Both the position numbers and the translations under genes were made by a program. Below, one piece after another: positions 1-9,300 of a DNA stretch of 64,000 nucleotides. The notes beneath the pieces are model-generated. The model was not told the origin of the DNA. It did no database searches and saw nothing but the letters and a program-made list of their open reading frames with translations. Numbering within the stretch: the first letter of the stretch is position 1; each line of letters starts with the position of its first letter. The stretch comes from an uncultured bacterium (lineage in GTDB: Bacteria > Patescibacteriota > Minisyncoccia > UBA6257 > GWB1-50-10): assembly GCA_963713955.1 (NCBI GenBank), contig OY970216.1, positions 506,252 to 570,251 of the forward strand. Direction: 5' to 3'.

Positions 1-1
1 G

Positions 2-181
2 AAACTTCCTCCTGAAGTGACGCTCGGCGGCGGCAAGGGAAACATCGATCATTACGTTGCGGTGGTGAAACCGGGGAGAATATTGTTTGAGGTGGACGGC
101 ATTCCGAAAGAAGCCGCTCACGAAGCTTTGAGAATTGCAGGCCATAAACTGCCGGTAAAAACCAAAATAGTGGAAAAATAA
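2..181 (+). CDS. rplP: 50S ribosomal protein L16, C-terminal part (truncated by window)
   Basis: Frame 2 reads ...[25 protein letters not shown]...[14 protein letters not shown]; precedes rpmC. Confidence 0.95.
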   Translation, partial: KLPPEVTLGGGKGNIDHYVAVVKPGRILFEVDGIPKEAAHEALRIAGHKLPVKTKIVEK

Positions 182-313
182 TCCCTCACCCCTAAAGAAT
201 TTGGGAACCAAGGTAAAAACAATCATGAATCAAAATAATCAACCAGTCAGAAAAGGTCATAAAGATGGAGAATCTCGTTTCGCAGAGAACGTGATTCTTC
301 AAGGGTGAGGGAT
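181..313. repeat. Palindromic insertion between rplP and rpmC
   Basis: Ends ATCCCTCACCCCTAAAGAAT (181-200) and ATTCTTCAAGGGTGAGGGAT (294-313) are inverted repeats, 18/20 match. Confidence 0.75.
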
Positions 314-518
314 GGCCAAAAAGAATCCAAAAGATTTCACCAATAAACCCTTGATTGAACTCCAGAAGGAATTGAATGAGGGAAGGCAAAAACTCATCGA
401 TTTGAAATTTAACCTGGCCGCTGGTAAAGTGAAAAACATCAAAGAAGTCAAGAAAGTCAAGAAAACCATAGCGCAGCTTCTGACGGCCGCGAACGCGCAA
501 AAAAAAGAAATCAAATAA
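312..518 (+). CDS. rpmC: 50S ribosomal protein L29
   Basis: 68 aa, ELQKEL...LKFNLAAG...[16 protein letters not shown]; operon order. Confidence 0.93.
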   Translation: MAKKNPKDFTNKPLIELQKELNEGRQKLIDLKFNLAAGKVKNIKEVKKVKKTIAQLLTAANAQKKEIK

Positions 519-745
519 TGAGAAAATTAGAAGGAACAATCGTTTCCGATAAAATGCTGAAGACGAGGGTGGTCGAAGTGGAACGGACGAAACGGCATCC
601 TCGCTACCACAAATACTACCGGGTTACCGAGCGTTTCAAGGCACACGACGAGAACAACGAATATAAAGTCGGGGAAAAAGTGATTATCCAAGAAACCAGA
701 CCGTTAAGCAAAGACAAGAGATGGATCATAGTGGGTAAGATTTGA
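518..745 (+). CDS. rpsQ: 30S ribosomal protein S17
   Basis: [31 protein letters not shown]. Confidence 0.97.
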   Translation: MRKLEGTIVSDKMLKTRVVEVERTKRHPRYHKYYRVTERFKAHDENNEYKVGEKVIIQETRPLSKDKRWIIVGKI

Positions 746-746
746 C

Positions 747-1118
747 ATGATACAGGAACGTTCCATATTGAAAGTAGCCGATAACTCCGGCGCCAAAATA
801 GTGCGCTGTTTTAGAATTTTGGGCGGCAGTAAAAAAAGATATGCCCGCATTGGAGACGTCGTCATAGCTTCCGTGCAGATCGCGGAACCGAGGAAACAAA
901 TAAAGAAAAAAGACATAGTAAACGTACTAGTAGTGAGGCAAAAAGATCCTCTGAGGAGAAAAGACGGATCGTACATAAGATTCAACGATAATGCGGTCGT
1001 CATCATAGAAAAAGAAAAGAAGGAACCCAAGGCGACGAGGATCTTCGGGCCGATACCGAGGGAAATAAAGGAAAAAGGCTACGATACCATAGCTTCGCTC
1101 GCCGAAGAACTAGTATGA
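747..1118 (+). CDS. rplN: 50S ribosomal protein L14
   Basis: VADNSGAK, IRFNDNAVV, TRIFGPIPRE. Confidence 0.98.
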   Translation: MIQERSILKVADNSGAKIVRCFRILGGSKKRYARIGDVVIASVQIAEPRKQIKKKDIVNVLVVRQKDPLRRKDGSYIRFNDNAVVIIEKEKKEPKATRIFGPIPREIKEKGYDTIASLAEELV

Positions 1119-1420
1119 GGATAAAAAAAGGAGACACGGTAAAAATAATAAGCGGGAAGGATGCCGGTAAGATCGGCAAGGTTGTTACCGTTTATCCCAT
1201 GACAGAAAAGCTGATGGTGGAAGGATTGAATCTTTACAAAAAGCACGCCCGACCCAAGAGACAAAACGAAAAGGGAGAGATCGTCCAAGTGCCGAGACCA
1301 ATCAATGCCTCGAATACCATGGTCCTGTGCCCTTCTTGCCGCAAAGCGGCAAGGGTTGGATACCGGCAGAATGGGAACGAAAAAGAGAGGTATTGCAAGA
1401 AATGCAGGGCCGCTCTATAG
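1115..1420 (+). CDS. rplX: 50S ribosomal protein L24
   Basis: IKKGDTVKIISGKDAGKIGKV KOW motif; two CxxC motifs. Confidence 0.97.
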   Translation: MRIKKGDTVKIISGKDAGKIGKVVTVYPMTEKLMVEGLNLYKKHARPKRQNEKGEIVQVPRPINASNTMVLCPSCRKAARVGYRQNGNEKERYCKKCRAAL

Positions 1421-1429
1421 AAAATATCC

Positions 1430-1912
1430 ATGGATAAATCAATGAAACAAATAGAAAAGGTGGTAGTGGCGAGCGGCGTCGGCAGGCGCAGCCAAGAAGA
1501 GCATTTTGAAGACAAAACTCTCCCTGAAATAGAGAATGATCTTTCTCGGATAACTTCGCAGAAACCGTCACGGAGACCGGCGAGACAGTCGATTGCAGGT
1601 TTTAAGATAAGGGCCGGACAGATCGTGGGACTCAAGGTGACGTTGCGGGGCGCTCGCATGGAAGATTTCCTGAAAAAACTCGTGAACGCAGCCCTCCCGC
1701 GCGTAAAAGACTTCAGGGGATTGGAAATAAAAAACGTCGACGAGAGCGGCAATTTGAACATCGGTTTCAAGGATCAAACCGTTTTCCCCGAGATAGAGCT
1801 GGAGAAAACGAGAATAAATTTCGGCATGCAAGTTACCATCGTGCCCAAAACTAAAAATCGGGAGGCGGCGATTGATTTGTACCGGCACCTTGGGATACCA
1901 TTGAAAAAATAA
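1430..1912 (+). CDS. rplE: 50S ribosomal protein L5 (short N-terminus)
   Basis: [26 protein letters not shown]. Confidence 0.96.
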   Translation: MDKSMKQIEKVVVASGVGRRSQEEHFEDKTLPEIENDLSRITSQKPSRRPARQSIAGFKIRAGQIVGLKVTLRGARMEDFLKKLVNAALPRVKDFRGLEIKNVDESGNLNIGFKDQTVFPEIELEKTRINFGMQVTIVPKTKNREAAIDLYRHLGIPLKK

Positions 1913-1914
1913 AC

Positions 1915-2100
1915 ATGGCAAAGACGTCGACATTCGAAAGATCCAGAAAGAAACCGAAATTTTCCACGAGGAAGGTCAATCGTTGTTTTCGGTGCGGACG
2001 GAAGAGGGGATATTTGCGGGATTTCAATCTTTGCAGAATTTGCTTCCGCGAACTGGCTAGCCGTGGAGAAATACCGGGAGTAAAAAAAGCCAGCTGGTAA
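1915..2100 (+). CDS. rpsN: 30S ribosomal protein S14, Zn-binding type
   Basis: RCFRCGR...CRICFRELA...[11 protein letters not shown]. Confidence 0.97.
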   Translation: MAKTSTFERSRKKPKFSTRKVNRCFRCGRKRGYLRDFNLCRICFRELASRGEIPGVKKASW

Positions 2101-2101
2101 C

Positions 2102-2473
2102 ATGTACATCGATTTAATCATAAAAATAAAAAACGCGCAGAACGCCCGGAAAGAGACGCTGAAAACATCCTACTCAAAAATGGACAAGGCTGTTCTTGAC
2201 GTCTTGGAAAAGAGGGGGTTCATCAAGAACGTGGAAGTAAAAGGAAAGGGTTATAAAAAATACATAGAAATGAATCTTGAGGGGAAAAGAAAGATAAAAG
2301 GCGTAAAAATTTTAAGCAAGCCATCAGTTAAGACGTACAGCGGTTACAAGAAACTGAAGCCGGTAAAGAGTGGTTTCGGCATGACCATCATCTCGACGCC
2401 GAAAGGCATCATGACCGAGAGCGAGGCCAAAAAATTGGGAATCGGGGGAGAACTGCTGCTCGAGTTATGGTAA
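2102..2473 (+). CDS. rpsH: 30S ribosomal protein S8
   Basis: IKNAQ, SKPS, IISTPKGIMT, GIGGELL. Confidence 0.96.
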   Translation: MYIDLIIKIKNAQNARKETLKTSYSKMDKAVLDVLEKRGFIKNVEVKGKGYKKYIEMNLEGKRKIKGVKILSKPSVKTYSGYKKLKPVKSGFGMTIISTPKGIMTESEAKKLGIGGELLLELW

Positions 2474-2487
2474 CAAACTAAATAAAA

Positions 2488-3042
2488 ATGAGTAAAATAG
2501 GCAAACAACCGATCAAGATTCCCGACAACGTGAATGTTTCTTTGGGAGATTCTCGCGTGAGTGTCAAGGGACCAAAGGGAGAATTGAAAATTCCCCTCTT
2601 GAAGGACATCAGCGTGAACCTGGCTGACAAGACGCTGACTTTCTCAATCAACGCGAGAACCAAACAAAATAAGAGTAATTGGGGCACCCAAAGAGCGCTT
2701 ATTCAAAACGCCGTCAAAGGCGTGACCGTCGGATTCGAAAAAACGCTTCTCCTGGAGGGCGTGGGTTATCGGGTGACCAAGGAGGGAGAAAACCTCAATC
2801 TCAATCTCGGTCTTTCTCACCCGGTAAAATACGAAGCACCGGAAGGTATATCCTTCGAAGTCGAAAAAAGCTCAATCTTGAAGATAAAGGGAATAGACAA
2901 ATCCATAGTCGGAAAAGTCGCAGCAGAAATAAGGCAACTGAAAAAACCAGAACCCTATAAAGGGAAAGGGTTCCGGTATAGCGATGAAACCATAAGAAGG
3001 AAAACCGGAAAGAAAGCCGCGACAACTACAACTGCAAGCTAA
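2488..3042 (+). CDS. rplF: 50S ribosomal protein L6
   Basis: [25 protein letters not shown]. Confidence 0.98.
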   Translation: MSKIGKQPIKIPDNVNVSLGDSRVSVKGPKGELKIPLLKDISVNLADKTLTFSINARTKQNKSNWGTQRALIQNAVKGVTVGFEKTLLLEGVGYRVTKEGENLNLNLGLSHPVKYEAPEGISFEVEKSSILKIKGIDKSIVGKVAAEIRQLKKPEPYKGKGFRYSDETIRRKTGKKAATTTTAS

Positions 3043-3044
3043 GC

Positions 3045-3404
3045 ATGAAAAAAGAAAAACTGACGAACAAAAGGAGATCGAGGCAAGCAACGAGAACAAG
3101 AACCAAGATCAAGACCATCGGAGGCCGATTAAGACTTTCGGTTTTTAGGAGCAACAACGGCATCTACGCCCAAATAATAGACGACGCGACGGGGAAAACG
3201 GTCGTTTCTTCCTCTTCGCTGGAACTCAAGAAAGAAACCGGGCATAATAAGACTGACCTCGCGAAGATGGTAGGCAAGAAACTCGGAGAAAAAGCGATAG
3301 AAGCCGGAATCAAAGAAGTCGTTTTTGACAAGGGCAGATACAAGTACCACGGCCGCGTTAAAGCTTTGGCTCTCGGCGCGCGGGAAGGAGGTTTAATATT
3401 TTAA
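3045..3404 (+). CDS. rplR: 50S ribosomal protein L18
   Basis: [26 protein letters not shown]. Confidence 0.97.
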   Translation: MKKEKLTNKRRSRQATRTRTKIKTIGGRLRLSVFRSNNGIYAQIIDDATGKTVVSSSSLELKKETGHNKTDLAKMVGKKLGEKAIEAGIKEVVFDKGRYKYHGRVKALALGAREGGLIF

Positions 3405-3406
3405 AT

Positions 3407-3919
3407 ATGAATCCACGCAATCAACGCGGTAACTCCCGCTTCAAGCCCAAAAAAAGCGAGTATCAGGAAAAGGTCCTGGAAATAAAAAGAGTGACCAGGG
3501 TTATGGCCGGCGGCAAAAGAATGAGCTTCAGGGCAATCGTCGTCATCGGCGACAAGAAAGGGAAAGTCGGCCTCGGGATCGGCAAAGGCCTGGATGTAGC
3601 CGCTTCCGTGGAAAAAGCAAAAAAACAAGCGCAGAAAAATCTCATTACGGTCAATATAAAAGACGGCCGCACGATACCCTATGAAATAGACAAGAAATAC
3701 GGAGCGGCGAAAGTCAGGATAAAGCCGGCGAAGGCCAATCACGGCCTTATCGCCGGCGGTTCCATGAGGTCCGTCTTGGAACTGGCAGGAGTGAAAGACG
3801 TATCGGCAAAAATCCTCGGGAGAACGACCAATAAACTCATGAATGCGCTCGCCACGTTGAAGGCCTTGCGCGACTTGGAGAAAATTGAAGAAAAGACGGA
3901 AGACGTCAAAGCAAACTAA
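3407..3919 (+). CDS. rpsE: 30S ribosomal protein S5
   Basis: RVTRVMAGGKRMSFRAIVVIGD, GLIAGG. Confidence 0.97.
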   Translation: MNPRNQRGNSRFKPKKSEYQEKVLEIKRVTRVMAGGKRMSFRAIVVIGDKKGKVGLGIGKGLDVAASVEKAKKQAQKNLITVNIKDGRTIPYEIDKKYGAAKVRIKPAKANHGLIAGGSMRSVLELAGVKDVSAKILGRTTNKLMNALATLKALRDLEKIEEKTEDVKAN

Positions 3920-3920
3920 A

Positions 3921-4346
3921 ATGCAGATTCATCAATTAAAACCCGAACACACGCCGAAAGAGAAAAAAAGAGTAGGGAGAGGCGGAAAAAGAGGGACCAC
4001 ATCGGGAAAAGGGCAAAAAGGACAAAAATCAAGAGCCGGACACCGGATAAGGCCGGCGGAGAGGGATTTGATACAACGATTACCGAAATTGAAGGGTGCC
4101 AAAAACAATCCGTCGTTCATCAATCCGGATAATTTTCTCATAAAAACCAGCGAGCTCGGCCGGTTTTCCGAAAACCAAAGGATAACGAAGGACATCCTCC
4201 TTAAAAAAGGATTCATAAAAAACAAAAGGCAACCGGTGAAAGTGCTCATGGACAAAGAACCGAATTCACCCTTCATGATCGAAGGTCTCAAACTTTCCCG
4301 CCAGGCGAGAGCCGCTATAGAGAAGGCGGGAGGAAAAATTGAATGA
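3921..4346 (+). CDS. rplO: 50S ribosomal protein L15
   Basis: RVGRGGKRGTTSGKGQKGQKSRAG; start chosen at ATG 3921. Confidence 0.95.
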   Translation: MQIHQLKPEHTPKEKKRVGRGGKRGTTSGKGQKGQKSRAGHRIRPAERDLIQRLPKLKGAKNNPSFINPDNFLIKTSELGRFSENQRITKDILLKKGFIKNKRQPVKVLMDKEPNSPFMIEGLKLSRQARAAIEKAGGKIE

Positions 4347-5614
4347 AAAAGTTCCTGCAACTTTTCAAGCTACCTGATTTGAGGAAGAAGGTTTTGAGCG
4401 TTATTTTCCTGCTTTTTGTTTTTAGACTCTTCGCCGCCATACCCATCCCCGGCATCAATCCCGCCGAGCTCCAGCAATTTCTTTCATCCAATCAGCTCTT
4501 CGGATTCTTAAACATCTTCTCCGGCGGAGGGCTCTCTAACCTGTCAATCATGATGCTCGGCGTGAGCCCCTACATAACGGCCACGATCATCATGCAGCTC
4601 CTCACGATAGTTTTTCCTCAACTCAAGAAAATCTACTACGAGGAGGGAGCGCAAGGCCAGGCGAAATTCAACAGGATATCGAGATATATAACGGTACCGC
4701 TCGCAATGCTTCAGGCGTACGGTTTTCTCAATCTCTTGATAGCTCAGAAAGTATTGAGTCATTTGCTTTTCCCCGAACTTATGGCAAACATCCTCGTCGT
4801 AACGGCGGGGAGCGTTTTCCTCATGTGGATAGGCGAATTGATATCCGAATACAAGATAGGCAATGGCGTATCGCTCATCATATTTGCAGGTATCATAAGT
4901 CGCCTTCCCCAAGAGGTGGGAACGATGTTTTTCAATTTCAACCCCGCGATGCTCCCGACATACATCGCGTTCGTGGTTCTCGCCATCATCGTCATCGCCG
5001 GCGTTACATTCATCAATGAAAGCGAAAGGAAAATACCCATTTCCTATGCCAAGCAGGTGAGGGGAATGAAAATGTACGGTGGAGCATCGACATATCTTCC
5101 CCTCAAAGTGAATCAAGCCGGTGTGATACCGATCATATTCGCCATTTCTCTCCTCTTGTTCCCGCAGTTTTTCGCCCAAGCGGCCGCCGTCATCTCGTCA
5201 AATCTATCCCTTACCCTAAACCGCTGGTCGAGTAATTTTTTCAACAACATACCGCTCTACAGCCTGGCTTATTTCGTCCTCGTGGTGCTTTTCACGTATT
5301 TCTACACCGCCATAACGTTCGATCCCGAAGAAATATCGAAAAATCTGCAGCGGAGCGGCGGGTTCATACCCGGTATACGACCGGGCGAAGCGACGACTTC
5401 CACGATCACGAGGATAATTCACCGCATAACCTTGTGGGGAGCTGTTTTTCTGGGGGTTGTGGCCATATTACCGAATATCACCCAGATGGCGACGGGCATA
5501 ACGTCTCTCACGATCGGCGGCACTGCGCTCTTGATCGTCGTCGCCGTCGCGCTTGAGGTGATGAAGGCCGTCGAATCCCAGCTCACCATCAGGGAGTATG
5601 AAGGGATCATGTAA
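4343..5614 (+). CDS. secY: Preprotein translocase SecY
   Basis: LGVSPYITATIIMQLL, IGNGVSLIIFAGI, GVIPIIFA, FIPGIRPG. Confidence 0.98.
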   Translation: MKKFLQLFKLPDLRKKVLSVIFLLFVFRLFAAIPIPGINPAELQQFLSSNQLFGFLNIFSGGGLSNLSIMMLGVSPYITATIIMQLLTIVFPQLKKIYYEEGAQGQAKFNRISRYITVPLAMLQAYGFLNLLIAQKVLSHLLFPELMANILVVTAGSVFLMWIGELISEYKIGNGVSLIIFAGIISRLPQEVGTMFFNFNPAMLPTYIAFVVLAIIVIAGVTFINESERKIPISYAKQVRGMKMYGGASTYLPLKVNQAGVIPIIFAISLLLFPQFFAQAAAVISSNLSLTLNRWSSNFFNNIPLYSLAYFVLVVLFTYFYTAITFDPEEISKNLQRSGGFIPGIRPGEATTSTITRIIHRITLWGAVFLGVVAILPNITQMATGITSLTIGGTALLIVVAVALEVMKAVESQLTIREYEGIM

Positions 5615-5632
5615 CTGCGAAGGAATATAACA

Positions 5633-6319
5633 ATGAATAAAAGTGCTGTCGTCATTTACGGTCCGCCGGGTTCGGGTAAGGGAACTCAAGCCGAACTTTT
5701 GGTGCGACAATACGGTTTTTTCCATTTCGACACCGGCCAATATCTCCGCCGCCTTTTGAACGATCCGCGAAACAAGCACAACAAGGAAATCCAAAAAGAA
5801 AAAAAACTGAATGACGAAGGAACTCTCAATACCCCGGCATTCGTCTTAAAGCGAGTCAAAAAGGAAACGTGCCGGATCGCTCGGATGGATTTGAGCATCG
5901 TCTACAGTGGATCGCCGCGGACGCTTTTCGAGGCTTTCGGCGACACGAAAAATGAAGGCTTGCTCGCCTTGCTGAAAAAAGAATACGGAGCGAAGAACGT
6001 TTTTATCGTCCGGCTTCTTGTGAGCCCCGCCGCTGCCGCCAAACGGAACGCCGGCCGGCTCATGTGCTCGGTTTGCGGCTTACCAATTCTTGCTGCTTCG
6101 CGGGCAAAGAATTGCTCCTTCTGCGGCGCGAGGGCTATGCGGAGGATCGATGACGATCCAAAAGTTTTTGCTCATCGCATCGATCAATATGAGAACCGCA
6201 CGTTTCCTATTTTGGCAAAAGCAGCGAAAGGAGGATACAAAATCAAAAAGGTGAACGGAGAGCCAGCGCCTTATCGCGTTCATAAAACCATAGCCGCGTA
6301 CCTCGAGAAAGCAAGATAA
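5633..6319 (+). CDS. adk: Adenylate kinase family protein
   Basis: GPPGSGKGTQA P-loop, CxxC/CxxC lid, position after secY. Confidence 0.85.
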   Translation: MNKSAVVIYGPPGSGKGTQAELLVRQYGFFHFDTGQYLRRLLNDPRNKHNKEIQKEKKLNDEGTLNTPAFVLKRVKKETCRIARMDLSIVYSGSPRTLFEAFGDTKNEGLLALLKKEYGAKNVFIVRLLVSPAAAAKRNAGRLMCSVCGLPILAASRAKNCSFCGARAMRRIDDDPKVFAHRIDQYENRTFPILAKAAKGGYKIKKVNGEPAPYRVHKTIAAYLEKAR

Positions 6320-7083
6320 TGATTTCTCTCAAAAGCGAGAAAGACATGGACGGCTTGCGCAAGTCGGGAAAAGTTCTCGTCGATATCCTTCTCAATTTGA
6401 AAAAAACCGCCGCAGAAGGAGTGAATCTCTTGAGCTTAGAAAGCAAAGCCCGCGAGATGCTGAAAGAAAGGGGCGCCTCTTCGGCATTCATGAACTACCG
6501 ACCGGAGGGCGCTGGGAAGCTGTATCCGGCTGCTCTCTGCACATCGCTCAATGACCAAATAGTCCACGGGATACCGTCGGATTACGATCTGAAGGAAGGG
6601 GATATTCTGAAGATAGACTTCGGCGTCGTTCTCGGCGGTTACGTGACCGATGCCGCTTTGACCATTGGGATAGGAAACATAAGCGAGAGGGCAAAACTCC
6701 TCATAAAAACGACGGAAGAGGCCTTAAATGAGGGCTTAGCGGCCGCCAGGACCCCGAAAGCAAGGCTGGGGGACGTGGGGTGGGCAATTGAGAACACAGC
6801 CGAGAAAGAAGGCTTCAGCGTCGTTGAGGGACTTACCGGACACGGCGTCGGCTTTAAGCTGCATGAGGACCCGATTGTTTACAACTACGGAAAAAAAGGG
6901 GAGGGGATACTTTTGAAAAAGGGACTGGTTTTGGCTATTGAACCGATGCTCTCCGCCGGCTCACCGCAATCGGTCCAGGCGAAGGACGACAGTTTTTATA
7001 CCAAGGACGGATCGCTCTCGGCTCACTTCGAAAAAACCGTCGCTGTCACGGAAAACGGCATCGAAATCCTGACCACGTTCTAG
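6319..7083 (+). CDS. map: Methionine aminopeptidase type I
   Basis: CTSLNDQIVHGIP, GHGVG..LHEDP, AIEPM, SAHFEKT. Confidence 0.96.
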   Translation: MISLKSEKDMDGLRKSGKVLVDILLNLKKTAAEGVNLLSLESKAREMLKERGASSAFMNYRPEGAGKLYPAALCTSLNDQIVHGIPSDYDLKEGDILKIDFGVVLGGYVTDAALTIGIGNISERAKLLIKTTEEALNEGLAAARTPKARLGDVGWAIENTAEKEGFSVVEGLTGHGVGFKLHEDPIVYNYGKKGEGILLKKGLVLAIEPMLSAGSPQSVQAKDDSFYTKDGSLSAHFEKTVAVTENGIEILTTF

Positions 7084-7085
7084 GA

Positions 7086-7287
7086 GCAGGTTGGAAGCAA
7101 TTTTCTCACTAAACCACTCAGCTCATAAAATCCTCCTCGCTCTTCGTCGGAATCAAGCCACGAAATATCGAACTCAACCTCGCTCCGCTCGGGATTCAAA
7201 CATCCGATATTTTGTTCATTCCTTCCTCAGGGCTCGGGAATTTTTGGACGAGCTTCATGAATCGTTCGGAAACTGTTTCCAACCTGC
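7086..7287. repeat. ~200 bp structured repeat, family A copy 1
   Basis: Terminal inverted repeats; core matches the reverse complement of 58746-58944. Confidence 0.85.
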
Positions 7288-7308
7288 ACAAAAGGGTATA
7301 ATACCTAT

Positions 7309-9090
7309 ATGGCCTCAAAAGAGGTGGTTTGCCAGAACTGCAAAAATCAGTTCGCGATCGAGCCGGAGGATTTTACATTTTACGAGAAAATCAAAGTCCC
7401 ACCGCCGACATTTTGTCCAACATGTAGGCTCCAGCGACGAATCGTTTGGAGGAATGAACGGAATCTTTACAGGCGGCCGGATGATATTACCGGCAAGATT
7501 GTTTTTTCTATGTTCTCCGAGGAAAAGAAAGTGAGAGTATGGGACAGGAACGAATGGTGGCAAGATACCTGGAATCCTCTTGATTATGGTCGAGAGTATG
7601 ATTTCAATAAAACCTTCTTCGCTCAATTTTTGTCTCTGTTCCTCAGCGTACCGCTCCCCAGTAGATGGGCGACAGATGTTATAAACAGTGATTATTGCAT
7701 GAATTGTGCCCATCTTAAGAATTGCTATCTGGTGTTTTATTCTAATTACGATGAAAATTGCTGCCATGGCATTGGCTTAAATGATTGCAAGGACTGCCTC
7801 GATAACGCTTATCTCACAAAGGGTGAGTTATGCTATGAAAGCTTTAAACTGGAAAGATGTTCTCGCCTTTTCTTCTCGTCCAATTGCGAAGATTGCGTTG
7901 ATGTTTATCTATCGAAGGATTGTATTGGATGCTCCGATTGTTTTGGTTGTGTGAATCTTAGAAACAAGCAATTTTATATATTCAATCAACCTTATTCCAA
8001 GGAGGACTACCACAGGAAGCTCAAGGAAGTAAATCTAGGATCATACTCTGATCTGAGCGTAACGGCAATAAAGGCGCACGAGTTTTGGCTCAGTTTCCCT
8101 GTTCCGGCGGGATACATACGTCATTCCTCTAATGTAAATGGTAACTATCTCTATAACTCAAGAGACACGTTGAATTCTTTCTTCATCAATGGCGGAGAGA
8201 ATCTAAAGAATTGTGCCTTCTTCCTCAATCCACCAATCAGAGATAGTTATGACTATACGATTTTCGGAAATAATTCGGAGTTGATATATGAGAGTACTGT
8301 CGTGGGAGAAGGATCAAGTAAGTTGAAATTTTGTATGGGATGCTGGCCGAATGCGATTGATTTCGAATACTGTATACAATGCAATTCTTCCTCCCACCTC
8401 TTCGGTTGTGTTGGGTTGCGTAGTAAGGAATACTGTATCCTGAACAAACAATACTCCAAGGAAGAATATGAAAAGCTCATTCCTCGGATCATCCAGCACA
8501 TGAATGATATGCCCTATAGCGATTCCCAAGGAAGGATATACAAGTATGGCGAGTTCTTCCCTCCTGACCTCTCTCCCTTCGCATACAATGAAACCATTGC
8601 CCAAGAATACTTTCCTCTCACGAGGGAAGAAGCAGAAAGGCAGGGATACAAGTGGAGGGAGGCCGAAGAAAAGAACTACCAAATCACCAAGGAATTCAAG
8701 GATTTACCCAATCACATCGGGGATGTTGACGATTCCATCCTCAAGGAAACCATAGCTTGCGCTCATAACCAGGAATGCAATGAACAGTGCACAAAGGCTT
8801 TCAAGATAATCCCTGAAGAATTAGCATTCTACCGACGTATGAATCTTCCCTTACCCAGATTATGTCCTAACTGTCGGCATTATGAGAGGTTGAAACAAAG
8901 GAATCCCCTTAAACTGTGGCATAGGAAATGCATGTGTGGAGGGAAGACGAGCGAGAATGGCGTATATGAAAACACTGTATCTCACAGCCACGGAGAAGGA
9001 AAGTGTCCCAATGAGTTTGAAACAAGCTATTCACCGGAGAGACATGAAATAGTATATTGTGAAAGTTGTTACCAGTCAGAGGTAGTTTGA
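7309..9090 (+). CDS. Cys-rich zinc-ribbon protein of the type common in CPR, function unknown
   Basis: CQNC..PPTFCPTCR, many CxxC repeats, C-terminal PRLCPNCRH and VYCESCYQ. Confidence 0.8.
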   Translation: MASKEVVCQNCKNQFAIEPEDFTFYEKIKVPPPTFCPTCRLQRRIVWRNERNLYRRPDDITGKIVFSMFSEEKKVRVWDRNEWWQDTWNPLDYGREYDFNKTFFAQFLSLFLSVPLPSRWATDVINSDYCMNCAHLKNCYLVFYSNYDENCCHGIGLNDCKDCLDNAYLTKGELCYESFKLERCSRLFFSSNCEDCVDVYLSKDCIGCSDCFGCVNLRNKQFYIFNQPYSKEDYHRKLKEVNLGSYSDLSVTAIKAHEFWLSFPVPAGYIRHSSNVNGNYLYNSRDTLNSFFINGGENLKNCAFFLNPPIRDSYDYTIFGNNSELIYESTVVGEGSSKLKFCMGCWPNAIDFEYCIQCNSSSHLFGCVGLRSKEYCILNKQYSKEEYEKLIPRIIQHMNDMPYSDSQGRIYKYGEFFPPDLSPFAYNETIAQEYFPLTREEAERQGYKWREAEEKNYQITKEFKDLPNHIGDVDDSILKETIACAHNQECNEQCTKAFKIIPEELAFYRRMNLPLPRLCPNCRHYERLKQRNPLKLWHRKCMCGGKTSENGVYENTVSHSHGEGKCPNEFETSYSPERHEIVYCESCYQSEVV

Positions 9091-9092
9091 CA

Positions 9093-9118
9093 GGGTGGTC
9101 TAACCGATTAGACCACCC
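9093..9118. repeat. Palindrome GGGTGGTCTAA-N4-TTAGACCACCC, family C
   Basis: Perfect 11-bp arms; further copies at 48392 and 48917. Confidence 0.8.
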
Positions 9119-9219
9119 CCAATTTTTCGAGAAGAAGGTTGAAGCACCTCTGAACGATTTACGAAATTCATATAAATAAAGATGGGGGGGCCTGGCGACT
9201 CCGAAATAAAGAAAGTGAG

Positions 9220-9288
9220 GCAGGCACTCCTTCCGAAGGCTAAGACTTGGGCGTCGCCCCGGAGACTGCCTGAGGAAGGAGTGCCTGC
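9220..9288. repeat. REP-like palindromic element, family B
   Basis: 15-bp perfect stem around core TAAGACTTGGGC..CGCCCCGGAG. Confidence 0.85.
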
Positions 9289-9300
9289 GAACAAAAAAGG

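Noticed and set aside
7091-7534. 147-aa ORF
   Set aside because: Reads through the family A repeat and overlaps the 7309 gene out of frame.
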